In this document: one piece after another, positions 48,717 to 64,000 of the stretch
Layout of the letters: the number at the start of each line of letters is the position of its first letter
Numbering within the stretch: position 1 is the first letter of the stretch
Origin: Octopus vulgaris
Taxonomy: Eukaryota
DNA: 64,000 nt
Assembly: GCA_951406725.2 (NCBI GenBank)
Contig: OX597840.1
Span: forward strand, 31,558,001 to 31,622,000
Direction of reading: 5' to 3'
Position numbers and translations under genes: made by a program
The notes under the pieces: generated by a model
Databases searched by the model: none
Told to the model about the DNA's origin: nothing
What the model saw: the letters and a program-made list of their open reading frames with translations, nothing else

Positions 48717-49732
48717 TATTAAATTTTTTTTTGCCATAAAGGCAGTATACAGAGCAGCTGCGGACTGGATAAACACATTAATGAATAAAAATGAGATAAA
48801 ATGAATAAATGAGAGACGAAAACCAACACCCGACGATTGATATTTGTCGAAGACATATAGATGTAAAATATGTATGGGCATTGACGTTGTAAATCCGTTT
48901 TATAGGCATAATGTTATACATGCAATATTCCAATACCCTTAGAGTAAAATCCAAAAGTCCAACAGAGTTTGATATGGGTCCTTCCACATATAGAGTTTAT
49001 AAGCAATGTAAGATTCCCTTATGAGTGAGATTCTTCCAAAGGATCTAGTAACCTTAGGTTAGTTTTTCTTTGGGGTTGGCCAGGTTGGAGTATAATCAGC
49101 CGATATTGCAAAGATAACCTGGAAATCAACTGACAAAAGAAAACTCCGAATGAGCCGTCCTGGTTTTTTCTTGTCCCCTTTTTGTATCATCTACCTGCCT
49201 GGTTGTTTTGCATTCTTGTTATTTTTGTATTCTTTTCTATAAGTTTATATATAAAACTAATCATTAAAACTTGTAAGGTTTAGGGGTAAGAGTCAAAAAA
49301 CAAATACATAAACTAGTACAAGCAGTCAAAGAGCCGAATCACGTGAGCAAAAGGCATTACAATAAAGAGGAGAAAAATAATAAAAAAAGTAGTGTAGAAT
49401 GAAAATATAATAGCTAATGTTTAAACAGAATAGAATGTAACATTTCGGATATTACCGTTTATAAAATAAGAATTAAAAGAAACAAGAGAGGCAAGAGAAT
49501 AAGAAAAACTTTATATAACGAATTTACGTCATATTATATGGTAGACACATACATATAAAATCATTTCGTCATGTACAGTTATATATACCTATGTAAAAAT
49601 ATATGTCTAAATATATGTGTGTGAGGTATATATATACAAACATATATATTATATATATAGATACATGTTTAAATACATATGTAAATATGCTTACACTCAA
49701 ACAAACACAAACACACATAAACACACACCAAA

Positions 49733-49797
<65 letters not shown>

Positions 49798-50009
49798 GTA
49801 TATACATATATATATATACGCTTATATATTGGGATGTTAAACATAAATACATAAACAGACATGTTTACGGGTTTGAATATATGCATATATACATACACAT
49901 AACTACATACATAAATACATACATACATATATATACATACATAACCTCATACTTATTCACATATGTCCTCAAAACAAATATGCATACAAGCATATATACA
50001 TGCGTACGC

Positions 50010-50057
50010 ACATACATACATACATACATACACATACATACATACATACATACATAC

Positions 50058-50088
<31 letters not shown>

Positions 50089-50845
50089 CATACATACATA
50101 CATACGTACATACATACATACATACATACATACATACATTCATACATACATACGTACATACATACATACATACATACGTACATACATACATACATACGTA
50201 CATACATACATACATACATACATACATACATACATTCATACATACATACATACATACATTCATACATACATACGTACATACATACATACATACATACATA
50301 CGTACATACATACATACATACGTACATACATACATACATACATACGTACATACATACATACATACATACATACATACATTCATACATACATACATACATA
50401 CATACATACATACATACATACATACATACATACATACATACATACATACATACATACATACGTACATACATACATACATACATACATACATACATACATA
50501 CATACATACATACATACATACATACATACATACATACATACATACATACATACATACATACATACATACGTACATACGTACATACATACATACATACATA
50601 CATACATACATACATACATACATACATACGTACATACATACATACATACGTACATACGTACATACGTACATACATACATACATACATACATACATACATA
50701 CGTACATACGTACATACGTACGTACATACATACATACATACATACATACATACGTAAATACTTACATACGTACATACATACATACATACATACATACATA
50801 CATACATACATACATACATACATACATACATACATACATGCATAC
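50010..50845. repeat. (CATA)n microsatellite, ~0.8 kb
   Basis: Seen directly. Confidence 0.97.
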
Positions 50846-51259
50846 GTTTCAGACACAGAAATCTCTCTGACAGAATAAAAATATTTGTTTTTGTTTGTAT
50901 TTTGTTGTTACCAAAATTCTTACGAATGAAAGAAGGTAGGCTGACCCAGACAAGAGTGGAAATTATAGCGATAAATTCTAGGCTTCCGGTTTGTTTTGCG
51001 AGCAAAATCGGGCAAAATATATCTCTAAAAATCCAATATAATTCCTATTTCTATGTTAAACAACAACTACTACACAAGAAATATAGACAGAATATTAAAA
51101 TATGCTTATGCGTGTATATGTATATATACATACATACATATATATATATATATGTGTGTGTGTATATATATGTACATATATATATACCTATAAGTATATA
51201 TATATACATATGTGTGTGTATATACATGTATATATATGTGTGTATTTGTATATATATGC

Positions 51260-51299
<40 letters not shown>

Positions 51300-51459
51300 A
51301 TATATATATATACACACACAAACACACACACGCATATATATGTCTGTGTGTGTGGTGTATGGACATATATGTGTGTATGTGTGTATATGTGTATAAGTAT
51401 GTGTTCAGACGCCCAAGTATGTCTTTAAGCATGAATATTTTACTATGGATATAAATATC

Positions 51460-51503
<44 letters not shown>

Positions 51504-51519
51504 TATACATACATACATC

Positions 51520-51566
<47 letters not shown>

Positions 51567-51890
51567 ATATATATATAAGTATATGTATATATATATCCAC
51601 TCGCATATATATAAATATCCATACACATAAATGCATTATGCATGTGTGCTTGTATACGTCTGTCTGCTTTGTGCGCCGGTGTGTATATGTGTGTATAAAA
51701 ATTCTTATAAGTGCTATGTCGACCCAGACAAGTCTGGAAGTAAGAGCGATAAATACTGTTCCCGTTTTATTTCCTTTCGTCTTTTTTTTTTGAGAAATAT
51801 TTTTTGTTAGCCAAATAGGACGGCTATATCTGTTTGTTCCTTTTATAATTTTTATTTCTATGTTGAACACTAGATGCATATAAATGTATA

Positions 51891-51942
<52 letters not shown>

Positions 51943-52205
51943 TATATTAAAATATACACCGATAAGGTCGTAAATACACAACGGCGTGTGTGTACTTACG
52001 TTTGTTTTTATGTACGTATGCCTGTATGTGTGTGTGTGTATATATATATATAATTTTATATATGGGTGTATTTATGTATGTTCATAGATATCTATATCTA
52101 TAGATGTGTGTCTGCATGTACATATATGCACACACATATATATGTATATATATATAAATATATATTTATATATATATATATATACATAAATACATACATA
52201 CATAC

Positions 52206-52241
<36 letters not shown>

Positions 52242-52412
52242 GTATAGGAATTTATGTGTAAGTATGTATGTATCTATCGATATATATATATATTTATATT
52301 TATACATATAAATTTATGCATACATGTGTGTGTCTGTATTAGTGTATATGATTATTGTAAATGAATATGTATATGCATATTGTTATTTGTATGTGTTTGT
52401 ATACATACATAC

Positions 52413-52553
<141 letters not shown>

Positions 52554-53243
52554 GCACATAAGAGAAAAGATGCTGGGGCGAGTGTGTAAGCAATTGCATA
52601 ATCTTAGAACTGTGTCGAAATGAAAAAAAAAGCATACAAACAAAACAAAAAATAAAACGATAAATAAGTAAAATAAAATGAATTAAAATAAAGTAAAATG
52701 AAAGCAACCACGACGTTTGTATAAAAATAATTATAAAAATAGTTACAAAAATATTTACTGAAATACAGTAAAAAAAAAAGTATTATAACAAAAACTCTAT
52801 TCTTACTCCTCAACAACCAAACAAGAAACAAAAAATCAAAGGAGAAGTTAGGATAACAAAAAAAAAAAAAGAAGAACATAAAAGAAAAAAATGCTGAAAT
52901 CATTAAATAAATTACAATGAGGAGAGATATATAGATGGGAGAGAAAACTATAAGCAAATTAAGTATAAGGTGGGTGCAACCAACGTCACAAATAAACGTA
53001 ATTTATAATGTTAAATAGATTTTTATCACTGACAATATGCCAGAAGATTTTTCAGTATGGGGGGAACGAAGAACAGCCATCGCAGCAGATTTATCCTAGA
53101 TTCTAATATTCGGTGCCTTCTGCAGTTTATTGACCTCGGAATTTATCTATTCATTTGGCTTAATATATTAATTTATTTATGGCTCTCTTGGAGTCAAATA
53201 AAGACAGGTATGGAATAAATAAAATAATAACAACAATAATAAT

Positions 53244-53319
<76 letters not shown>

Positions 53320-53664
53320 TGACAACGTGTCTCTAAAAGAAATGGAGAAACTTTCAAAATACAAAGACCTGGAAATAGAGGTAACCAGAATGTGGAATCT
53401 AAAAACAGAAACAATTCCTATCATAGTAGGAGCATTAGGCATGATAAAAATATATTCAGACAAATACGTAACAAAAACACCAGGACTTAAAAACACATAT
53501 AACATACAGAAAATTGCACGACTAGGCACTGCACACATCCTACACAGAACACTTTCGATACAATAACCAGCAGAGCATCACAACAAATCACAGCACATAC
53601 CCAAGGCATACAGAGCTGCGCTCGGTAGGGAAGTGAAAGCACGCTATAAAAATAAAACTACTGA
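53320..53664 (+). mobile_element. R4/Dong LINE family D1 3' end
   Basis: Same RLE C-terminus and UTR as 8035-8424; TAA flanks. Confidence 0.9.
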
Positions 53665-53689
53665 ATAATAATAATAATAACAATAATTG

Positions 53690-54190
53690 ATCCGAAGTGT
53701 TATCATGTACATTGTTTTGTCTTGGTATAAAAGATGGGCTACACCAACTATTCTGCTCAATACCACAGATTTGCTTGTCAGTTGTTTCACCTTAACCAGG
53801 TGAGCATGTCCCTTAGTGGCTGACAATATGTGCATCTCTGATCACAAGAAGTAGTGATGGAGCATCATAGCCATGTCTTGAGAGGGATTCTTTGGGGTTT
53901 GAATGATTCACCTCTGGAAACTTGGGTGTTTCGTTCAACATCCTTAAACAACCCTTATTCAGGGACCGCTTGAGCGGGATGGGCTACTCAACCTGAAGAA
54001 AATTCTAACTGGGCCCCACCTGCAAGGTCATGCGCTGTTTATCTTGATATGAGATCACCATGTCGTGCACATATGGTTGTGATGCATGTACCTAGTGTAC
54101 CCTTATCAGATGGGTAGTCATGATGGGTATACTGGGCTTCGTATATTTTACCCCAGTGTCACTTTGATGGCATGCACTGCTCTCTCACTC
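53690..54190. mobile_element. ~500-bp TAA-embedded interspersed repeat (family X)
   Basis: Second copy at 58216-58755 with the same ends. Confidence 0.75.
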
Positions 54191-54532
54191 AATAATAATA
54201 ATAATAGAATTAGTTGTAGTGGTAGTAATAATCCTTTCTACTAAAGGCACATGACCTAAAATTCGCAGGGAGGGGACAAGTAAATAACACCGATCCTAGT
54301 GTTTCACTAGTACCTAATTTATCGACCCCGATAGAATTGGTGGAATTTGAACTGATTAAAGTAGCGACGGATAAAATACCGCTAAGCATTTCGTCTTGCG
54401 CGCTAACGATTCCGCCAGCTCGACTACTAATACTACTACTACTACAAATAATAATAATAATAATAATAGAATTAGTAGTAGTAGAATTAGTGGTGGTAGT
54501 AGCAATGGTGGTGGTAATGGTAGAGGAAGTAT

Positions 54533-54581
<49 letters not shown>

Positions 54582-54606
54582 TATGATAATAATAATAATC
54601 CTTTCT

Positions 54607-54948
54607 TGGATTGGAAGCACCCCTTCGGTTACGACGACGAGGGTTCCGGTTGATCCGATCAGCGGAACAGACTGCTCGTGAAATTAACGTGTAAGTGGCT
54701 GAACACTCCACAGAGAGTGACAAGGCCGGCCCTTTGAAATACAGATACAACAGAAACAGGAAGTAAGAGTGAGAGAAAGTTGTGGTGAAAGAGTACAGCA
54801 GGGATCACCACCATCCTCTGCCGGAGCCTCGTGGAGCTTTTAGGTGTTTTCGCTCAATAAACACTCACAACGCCCGGTCTGGGAATCGAAACCGAGATCC
54901 TATGACCACGGGTCCGCTGCCCTAACCACTGGGCCATTGCGCCTCCAC
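54607..54948 (-). mobile_element. SINE family A (internal deletion) inserted in the tail of a SINE C
   Basis: 10-bp TSD AATCCTTTCT (54597-54606, 54949-54958). Confidence 0.92.
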
Positions 54949-55029
54949 AATCCTTTCTACTCTAGTCACAAGGCCTGAAATGTTGGGGGATAGGGCTAAG
55001 TCGATCACATCGACCACATGAGCAGAAGG

Positions 55030-57060
55030 TTTATATGCGTAAGAGCAGAGGTACCTTCTGCTCATGTGGCAGGATTCTATTTTTTCTCCAGATATCCGTA
55101 CATTGACTTTGCGATAATTCCAGTCAATAATTTCCACATAAGTGCAAACAGGATATCGGCCCTGTAATTGTCTACAGAATTGCCTTTTTCGATCTTTTTC
55201 AAGCACTGCCCTGTCCTACCCATTGTCAACCACTCTGGTGTTGCTTGGTCGGCATTTAACAAGGTGTTGTGTAGTGCAGCTATTCGTGCATGGCATTCAC
55301 CAAATCTTTTGATTCAGTAGCCTTGAACTCCGACTGGTCCCGGGGCATTCCAGTTGCCCATTTTTATGATGATTTCCTTCAATTCTTAAACCGGCTGTGT
55401 GGTAAGTAGCTTGCTAACCAACCACATGGTCCCGGGTTCAGTCCCACTGCGTGGCATCTTGGGTAAGTGTCTTCTGCTATAGCCCCGGGCCGACCAAGGC
55501 CTTGTGAGTGGATTTGGTAGACGGAAACTGAAAGAAGCCTGTCGTATATATGTATATATGTATGTGTGTGTATATGTTTGTGTGTCTGTGTTTGCCCCTC
55601 TAGCATTGCTTGACAACCGATGCTGGTGTGTTTACGTCCCCGTCACTTAGCGGTTCGGCAAAAGAGACCGATAGAATAAGTACTGGGCTTACAAAGAATA
55701 AGTCCCGGGGTCGATTTGCTCGACTAAAGACGGTGCTCCAGCATGGCCGCAGTCAAATGACTGAAATAAGTAAAAGAGTAAAAGAGTAAAAGAGTAAAGA
55801 GTTCGGCCTGTTTTGGACAGACTACTGTTTGTTTCAGTTCTTGTAACCATTCAGCATCCTTCCTGTGCCCCTTGTCTTTGCTACAGATGTCACTCCAAAA
55901 CCTTTGACTTTCAATGTTCTCTGGCTGGTATCAACTTTTCATCTGTACACTCTCCATTTATTTCTTTGTAGAATCTCATCTGTTCTACCCTAAATAACTT
56001 ATTCTTCTGGTAACCCTTTATTCTTTGGTCGTATCTTACCATCTTTGCTTTCTTTGCAAAGAGGCACTGTTTTAGTTCCTTCATTACCACTTTCAGGCCT
56101 TTTCTTTCAATATTATACTTCCGGTTCAGTGCCCTATATTTTTCTCCCCTTTGAAAAGAGGTGCTGTTTTAGTTCCTTCATTACCACTTTCAGGCCTTTT
56201 CTTTCAATATTATACTTCCTGTTCAGTGCCCTATATTTTTCTCCCCTTTGAAGCTACCCCTTTCTTGTCGGTCTAACCCCGCCTGTATTCTTCTTATCCA
56301 CCATGGATCTTTTCTTTTGTCACACCCACTATATTTCTTTTTCTTGGCAGCAACACACACATTTTCTGCTACAACAATACTTGCTGCCTCGATTAAATTA
56401 TTTGTTTCAGTGATGTTTTTTGCTCTGATGTATTTCAGAATTTCCTTATCATTTTTTTGTTTTTTGGTTCAATTTTCACCGATCAACCTTTTTAATGTTG
56501 CAAATAATGTCGCTATCGTTTTCCTGTGTCCTTCTATTTATTCTGTCGTAAGTTGCCTCCTTTTGCCCATCTATCATGTCACCATTAGTTTTATTGTCTT
56601 CTACCATAACCATCTATATGTCTCTCGTCGAGCAAGCTATCACTGTTCCTTTCTTGTGGTTAATTAAAGATTTCGCCTCTCTTTCCTGCAATGAGATTAC
56701 TTTTATCAGTAAGAACTGTTATTTCATCGTTTCCTCTGCTACTGTTTTCCAATATCCGCCTTTTGATAGCTTCAAGCTCTGCTTCTGTGAACCAACGTTT
56801 TTTTCTTATTGCTCTAGCTTGATCACATAATCTCTGTTCCATGAGTTGAAACAATCCTCTTCCTCTCCATTGATCATACATACGCTGTCGGTATCCCCTA
56901 ATATGAACACCATTTTTGTCTACAGATTTGTTCAGGTAGTAACACTCCATGATCACACCGTTGATCTGTTCCATCTGCGCCGTGTATGCTGGTCCCTTGC
57001 TGGATAACGACAGGCTGGAGTCTGACTAGTATCTCTGAGCTTGCCGGGTGTAACACTGTC
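55030..57060 (-). pseudogene. 5' half of an R4/Dong-clade LINE ORF (N-terminal domain to early RT), disabled
   Basis: IMECYY...RGYRQRM...EQRLCDQARAIRKKRWFTEAELE; later NWNAPGP, PEWLTMGRT, NYR, MWKLLTGII. Confidence 0.85.
55393..55802 (+). mobile_element. SINE family B inserted in the LINE
   Basis: Sequence match; repeated AAAAGAGT tail. Confidence 0.92.
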
Positions 57061-57259
57061 ACATTCAAGGGCTTCAGTTTCATTCCCACCGTTTTTCACA
57101 ATATCTTATGTTTTCATTGTCACTCATATGAGGTAGCGATTATCAGGTTGTGCAATTACCAGTGTTTTTATTGTGACACCATCACTAGATGTATCATTAA
57201 TCAGGACATGGGGAAATATCATCGCTGATATTTTAATTTAATTTTTTTTTACTACTAAA

Positions 57260-57598
57260 AATTAATTGTTATCGCCATATAAGCCTTCGAACAGAGACGT
57301 CAGTGGCGATACCTGCGGGTCTGACTGCGCTACATTGACAAGGAGCAATACCCCGAAACGCGTCTGTAGGTGTCGGACTGGCAGTGTGAAGCGGCTGACC
57401 TCCCTTGTTCGAAGGTTATAATGGATACAGATCGTGTATCAATAGCTATCTTGATGGCGGTGGCCTCATGGAGCTGACCATGGCAGCGATTATTCTTATA
57501 TCTATAAGAATGCCATATTAATATGGCGATAACAATTAATTTCCAGTAAACGCTGCCATAATCTCTTTTATAGAGACTTAGTAATTTTAATATTTCTA
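57260..57598 (+). mobile_element. Penelope-like remnant with short inverted 5' end
   Basis: Homologous to 40284-40780; ~21-bp inverted repeat at 57260-57280 and 57521-57541. Confidence 0.78.
57319..57378 (+). ncRNA. Type I hammerhead motif, U3-A8 variant (second copy)
   Basis: CUACA UUGACAA GGAGCAAUACCCC GAAA CGCG UC^ UGUAG. Confidence 0.78.
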
Positions 57599-58109
57599 TT
57601 TTTTTACTACTATTTGTCGTTAATATTTCCTCTGATCCGACATGAGTTTTGGATAAATCATTTTTATTATCATTATTACCATCATTATTACTATTTCCAT
57701 TTATTATTACAAGGTATTATTGAATGTCGTTTAGTTTCAACTTTTGTCTTGTACTTGAGATGATCTTAAAAATGTGAATGTTTAAAGGAACAGCAGTAGC
57801 AAACGCGACAGCTTGGTGAATAGATTAAATTTCACAGGTCTGTAAATAGATTCGGCAGATGGAGAGGAGAGAACGGCAATGTGCATTCCTGTGCGATAAG
57901 GAGACAAATGCGGCCTCACACCCTTGGGCATATCTTAAGGAAAGTATTATCTTTCTCAAGTACTTGTTGTGACTTCACAGATGACTAAAGACTCCGGTGC
58001 AATTTTACCTACACTGTGTTACAAATGAATGATAATAATAATAATAATAATAATAATGATAATAATAATAATAATAATAATGATAATAATAATGATAATG
58101 ATAATAATG

Positions 58110-58826
<717 letters not shown>

Positions 58827-58834
58827 TAATAATG

Positions 58835-58925
<91 letters not shown>

Positions 58926-58983
58926 GGATTGTTTTTTACTATCATCATCATTATTATTATTATTATCATAATTATTATCATCA

Positions 58984-60540
58984 TTCAGTAGTATACATTT
59001 TATATCGTGCTTTCACTTCACTACCGAGCGCAGCTCTGTGTGCCTTGGGTATGTGCTGTGATTTGTTGTGATGCTCTGATGGTTATTGTATCGAAAGTGT
59101 TCTGCGTAGGATGTGTGCAGTGCCTAGTAGTGCAATTTTCTGTATTATATATGTGCTTGTAAGTCCTGGTGTTTTGGTTATGTATTTGTCTGAATATTTT
59201 TTTTATCATGCCTAATGCACCTACTATGATAGGAATTGTTTCTGTTTTTAGATTCCACATTCTGGTTACCTCTATTTCCAGGTCTTTGTATTTTGAAAGT
59301 TTCTCCATTTCTTTTAGAGACACGTTGTCATCCGCTGGTATTGATACATCAATTAGAAAGCTTTTTTTTCTTCATGATCTCTGACAACTATATCTGGTCT
59401 GTTGGCCTTAATTTCTCTATGTGTGTGTATTGGCATATCCCAGAGTATGGTTGCTTTCTCATTTTCTGTGACCTTTTCTGGTGTGTGCCTATACCATCTT
59501 TTTTCTGTTGTTATTCCATAATGTTGGCATAGTTTCCAGTGTATGTAGGTTCCAACTCTGTCATGTCTGTGAATATATTCCTTCTTAGCCAGAACTGGGC
59601 AGCTAGAGATAATATGATTTATTGTTTCTTGTCCATCTCCACATATTCTGCAGTTACTTGTTATATTTCTTTTCATTACATGTTTTTGGTAATTTCTGGT
59701 GGGGAGGCTTTGGTCTTGTACTGCAATTAAAAATCCTTCTGTCTCTGCTTTGAGTCCTGAGCTTCTCAACCATTGTTGGGATTTTTCTTTGTCTATTTCT
59801 TTTGCATTTAGTTTAGTCCAGTATTTGCCATGAAGGGGCTTTTCTTGCCATCATTTTATCATGGTTCGTTGCTGTTCTATTTTTAGTTTGGATTTCATTT
59901 GTTTTATAGCTTTTGTTGTTTCTTCATCTTCTTCTTCTTCATATTTGTTAGGTGGTATGATTTCTTGTTTGTATTTGTCAGCTTCCTTAAATACTGAGAG
60001 CAGTTTTTTGTTTTGCTCGTGTTTTGCCGTATTTGTATCAATTTTCCTTCCTTCTGAAGTAGATATTTTCGCAGTCCTATGGTGGTTATTTTATAGTAGT
60101 TTTCCAGCTGTATAAGGCCTCTACCACCATCTATACGTTGTATATATAGCCTTTCTATGTCAGATTTTGGGTGATGCATCCTAGATCCTGTCATTATTTT
60201 TCATGTTTTTCCTATCTATTTTGGTCAGTTCATTTAGTTAAGGATATTGTAGCAGTAACTTATAACTGGGATGGCTAAAGTATTGATACATATTATCTTG
60301 TTTTAGCATTGAGCTCTGTTTTCAGTATTGATCTAACTCGTCTATAATATTCTTTTTTTTATTTTCTCTTTCATTTGTGTGTGTTGTCTTATCTAGTTCA
60401 TGGATTCCTAAGTATTTGTAAGTTTGGCTTTGGTCTAATTCTTTTATTTCATTGGTTTTATCTAGTGTGATGTTGCTACTCGTAATTAGTTTTCCTCTTT
60501 TCAGGGTTACTTTGGCGCATTTCTCTAATCCAAATGTCAT
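58984..60540 (-). mobile_element. R4/Dong LINE family D1, 1.55-kb 3' portion (late RT, zinc knuckle, RLE)
   Basis: MTFGLEKCAKV, YKYLG, HHPKSDIERLYI...GGRGL, ETEGFLIAVQDQ, CRIC...H...C, RPDIVV. Confidence 0.92.
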
Positions 60541-60541
60541 A

Positions 60542-60592
<51 letters not shown>

Positions 60593-60609
60593 AATTATTA
60601 TTATTGTTA

Positions 60610-60680
<71 letters not shown>

Positions 60681-60690
60681 GTTATTGTTA

Positions 60691-60734
<44 letters not shown>

Positions 60735-60744
60735 GTTATTGTTA

Positions 60745-60778
<34 letters not shown>

Positions 60779-60815
60779 GATTATTATTATAGTATTTTAT
60801 TATTATTATTATTAC

Positions 60816-60879
<64 letters not shown>

Positions 60880-61987
60880 GTCTTTGCATTACTTCCATCA
60901 CTGGATATGTACTAAAGCGTCAGCTGTTCAGTGCAAGTGAACTAAGGTAAAACCCCTTATTTTTCGAGCACCATCTGTAGTATTCGAACGGTTCCAAGCA
61001 GTGCTGTTTTCTGCAATTCCCCCCCCCCCCCTCTTATTGCAGCACCTGTTTGTTCCAAATACTTCTCAAGATTTTTACTCACTTTTACTCCGACAATTAT
61101 TGTTACTACTACCACTTTTTTCATCGACTACAGCTGCTTAACGTCCCAAGCTAACCTGTTATATCTATCAACTTTTCTTTCTTCCTTATTGCATACCTTG
61201 TTGTCAGCTGGGTATGCTATCTCTATGATCCAGCATCGTTTGCTTTCTTCCTCAATTAACACTGTGTGTCTGGCTTCCTATTATCTATCTCGTGGTCACA
61301 CTGAATCATAAAATTCCATAGGATCTCTGCATTTTCATTTTCGATTATGCCTTCAGGTTTATGTTCGTATCACTTTTTTTCTCTCTCAGGTCCATGCTTG
61401 TTGCAAAGTGTCCAATGGTCAATCTTTGCTATATTGTCAGGACGTCTCTTATATTCTTTCTGGACTAATGGCGTACATTGATTGGCCATAGACCATACGG
61501 TTTCACCGTTTTGTCCACAGTTTCTGCACTTAACACTTTCTGCTGTGTTGTCTATTCTGTATTTGTGTAATCCACTCTTAATCTTTGCTCTTGGGCAGCA
61601 CAGATTAGAACCTCCGTTTCCGGTTTTAAATCACTTTCAGTCATCCATAGCCATCTTTTTTTCTGACTATCTTATCTTCAACAACCCTTTGAAATTGTTC
61701 ATGCATGCTTTTCTTTATCCACCTATTTTCATGCTTGTTGCAAAGTGTCCAATGGTCAATCTTTGCTATATTGTCAGGACGTCTCTTATATTCTTTCTGG
61801 GCTAGTGGCGTACATTGACTGGTAATAGACCATACAGTTTTCCCCATTTTGTCCACAGTTTCTGCACTTACCACTTTTTAATGTATTGTCTATTCTGCAT
61901 TTGATGTAATCCGCTCTTAATGCTTGCTCTTGGGCGGGACAGATTGGAGCCTCCGTTTCCGGTTTGAAACCAATTTCAGTCATCCAT
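60880..61987 (-). mobile_element. R4/Dong LINE family D2 3' part with the same internal duplication junction as 9962-11540
   Basis: Near-identical reverse complement of ~10610-11540. Confidence 0.9.
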
Positions 61988-62385
61988 AGGCGCAGGAGTG
62001 GCTGTTTGGTAAGTAGCTTGCTAACCAACCACATGGTTCCGGGTTCAGTCCCACTGCGTGGCATCTTGGGCAAGTGTCTTCTGCTATAGCCCCGGGCCGA
62101 CCAATGCCTTGTGAGTGGATTTGGTAGACGGAAACTGAAAGAAGCCTGTCGTATATATGTATATATATATATATGTATGTGTGTTTGTGTGTCTGTGTTT
62201 GTTCCCCTAGCATTGCTTGACAACTGATGCTGGTGTGTTTACGTCCCTGTCACCTAGCGGTTCGGCAAAAGAGAGACCGATAGAATAAGTACTGGGCTTA
62301 CAAAGAATAAGTCCCGGGGTCGATTTGCTCGACTAAAGGCGGTGCTCCAGCATGGCCGCAGTCAAATGACTGAAATAAGTAAAAA
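61986..62385 (+). mobile_element. SINE family B, full length
   Basis: Sequence match to family B. Confidence 0.92.
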
Positions 62386-62669
62386 CATACCTATCTTATC
62401 TTCATCATCTCCTTTCAACGCTAAGATCAGTGCTTTCATTGATCGCTAGAAGTAATAAACACATTTGACCTCTTATGAACCCAATTACAAACCATGAGTC
62501 AGGTTTAAGTGTTTGTTCTTTCATGTCAATATGACCCCAAAGATGAGGTAGCTATGCTGCTGTGGACCTCGACAATCATTCCTCGTTTAGCAGTTTGTAC
62601 AAAAGCGTTCCGATTACGACCATCTCGTCCTATTGAAATCTGTCGTATATCTAAGATTATAGTATATAT

Positions 62670-62877
62670 ACTCTCTTTACTCCCTTTTACTTGTTTCAGT
62701 CGTTTGACTGTGGCCATGCTGGAGCACCACCTTTAGTCGAGCAAATCAACCCCAGGACTTATTCTTTGTAAGCCTAGTATTTATTCTATTGGGCTCTTTT
62801 GCTAATCTGCTAAGTTACGGGGACGTAAACACACCAGCATCAGTTGTCAAGCGATGTTGGGGGGCCAAAGACAGACC

Positions 62878-62938
<61 letters not shown>

Positions 62939-63138
62939 ACACACACACACACACATACATATATATATACATATATACGACGGGCTTCTTTCAGTTTCCG
63001 TCTACCAAATCCACTCACAAGGCTTTGGTCGGCCCGAGGCTATAGTAGAAGACACTTGCCCAAGGTGTCACGCAGTGGGACTGAACCCGGAACCATGTGG
63101 TTGGTAAGCAACCTACTTACCACACAGCCACTCCTACA
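62670..63138 (-). mobile_element. SINE family B, full length
   Basis: Sequence match; internal (CA)n. Confidence 0.9.
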
Positions 63139-63662
63139 TCTTTTATCGATTATTTTTTTAGTTGTTTCTATCATTAGACAGCGGCCATGCTGTGGCACCC
63201 GCTTGAAGAAATTTAGTCGAATGAATCGGCCACAGTACTTATTTTCTTTTTAAGCCTGATGTAATATTCTATTGGCCTTCTTGCCAAACTGCTAAGTAAC
63301 GGGACGTAAACACCCAAACACCGGTTGTCAAGCGGTGTACACTTGGTTCAATATTTACCTCTTGTTCTGGTCTAACAGCCCTCCATCTTTGTTTTCGTTC
63401 AGTTTCCTTCTATGTACCCACTGTCCTGTTTTTGTTTCCAAACTTGACCTTCCATAAATCCTAAAACTTCATTTTAGAATTTATAGGAGCAACTGCCTTT
63501 GAAGACTCATATCATTGTCGTTGAATGCTCGAAATGAGGAGTAGATAGACAGCCGACAACTGATGAAGGGTCCTTTCTTTGTATTTATTCGTCCTCTTTT
63601 TTATTCTTTTCTTGTTGCTTACGTATTTCAAAGTTATTTGCAAGGTTGGTGATATTCTGTAC

Positions 63663-63699
<37 letters not shown>

Positions 63700-63717
63700 A
63701 AATGCCATCCACACTCA

Positions 63718-63766
<49 letters not shown>

Positions 63767-64000
63767 CAAATGCCATCCACACTCATGCATGCGTACACGC
63801 GCATGCACACGCGCACGCGCGCGCGCACATACACGCACACGCAACACCACGACAACCACACACACTTGACAAACAGACGCCATCTGACCAAATACTACAG
63901 ACACACAGACACATCTATTCACACCACATGTATGTGTATGCACGCACACATACACGCAGAGAGACACACATATTCACCTCATCCTAACCCCAAAATCATT

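Noticed and set aside
49617-51005. Long YIHT/YVCM, poly-YI and poly-N/I/L ORFs here and throughout
   Set aside because: Translations of (CATA)n, (TA)n and (TAA)n microsatellites.
50930-51890. Diverged ~170-bp direct repeats (50940 and 51720) and an inverted pair (34576-34665 / 46155-46243)
   Set aside because: Real similarity but too degenerate to classify; probably old interspersed repeats.

Overview
AT-rich eukaryotic DNA made almost entirely of repeats. The SINE families and the (TA)n/(TATG)n/(TAA)n load suggest an octopus genome; this is an inference with no database check. I found no credible host protein-coding exon: the long ORFs are microsatellite translations or decayed transposon fragments. 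The window holds four or five tRNA-headed SINE families (labelled A-D here, several with target-site duplications, TSDs), R4/Dong-clade RLE LINE fragments in (TAA)n arrays, RTE-like 3' ends, non-autonomous Helitrons, a Tc1/pogo-type MITE, a decayed MULE transposase and many short Penelope-like (PLE) repeat remnants. Two things stand out. (1) About a dozen type I hammerhead-ribozyme motifs from at least seven unrelated repeat families. They include a fully canonical one, natural U3-A8 and G3-C8 compensatory core variants, a form with almost no stem II, and a fold-back element with a hammerhead in each arm. (2) A rearrangement history at 26-40 kb that can be read from the sequence: a SINE-SINE tandem duplication, and a 2.7-kb templated insertion into a SINE with a 142-bp target duplication and microhomology junctions. 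Coordinates were read by eye and may be off by a few bases.
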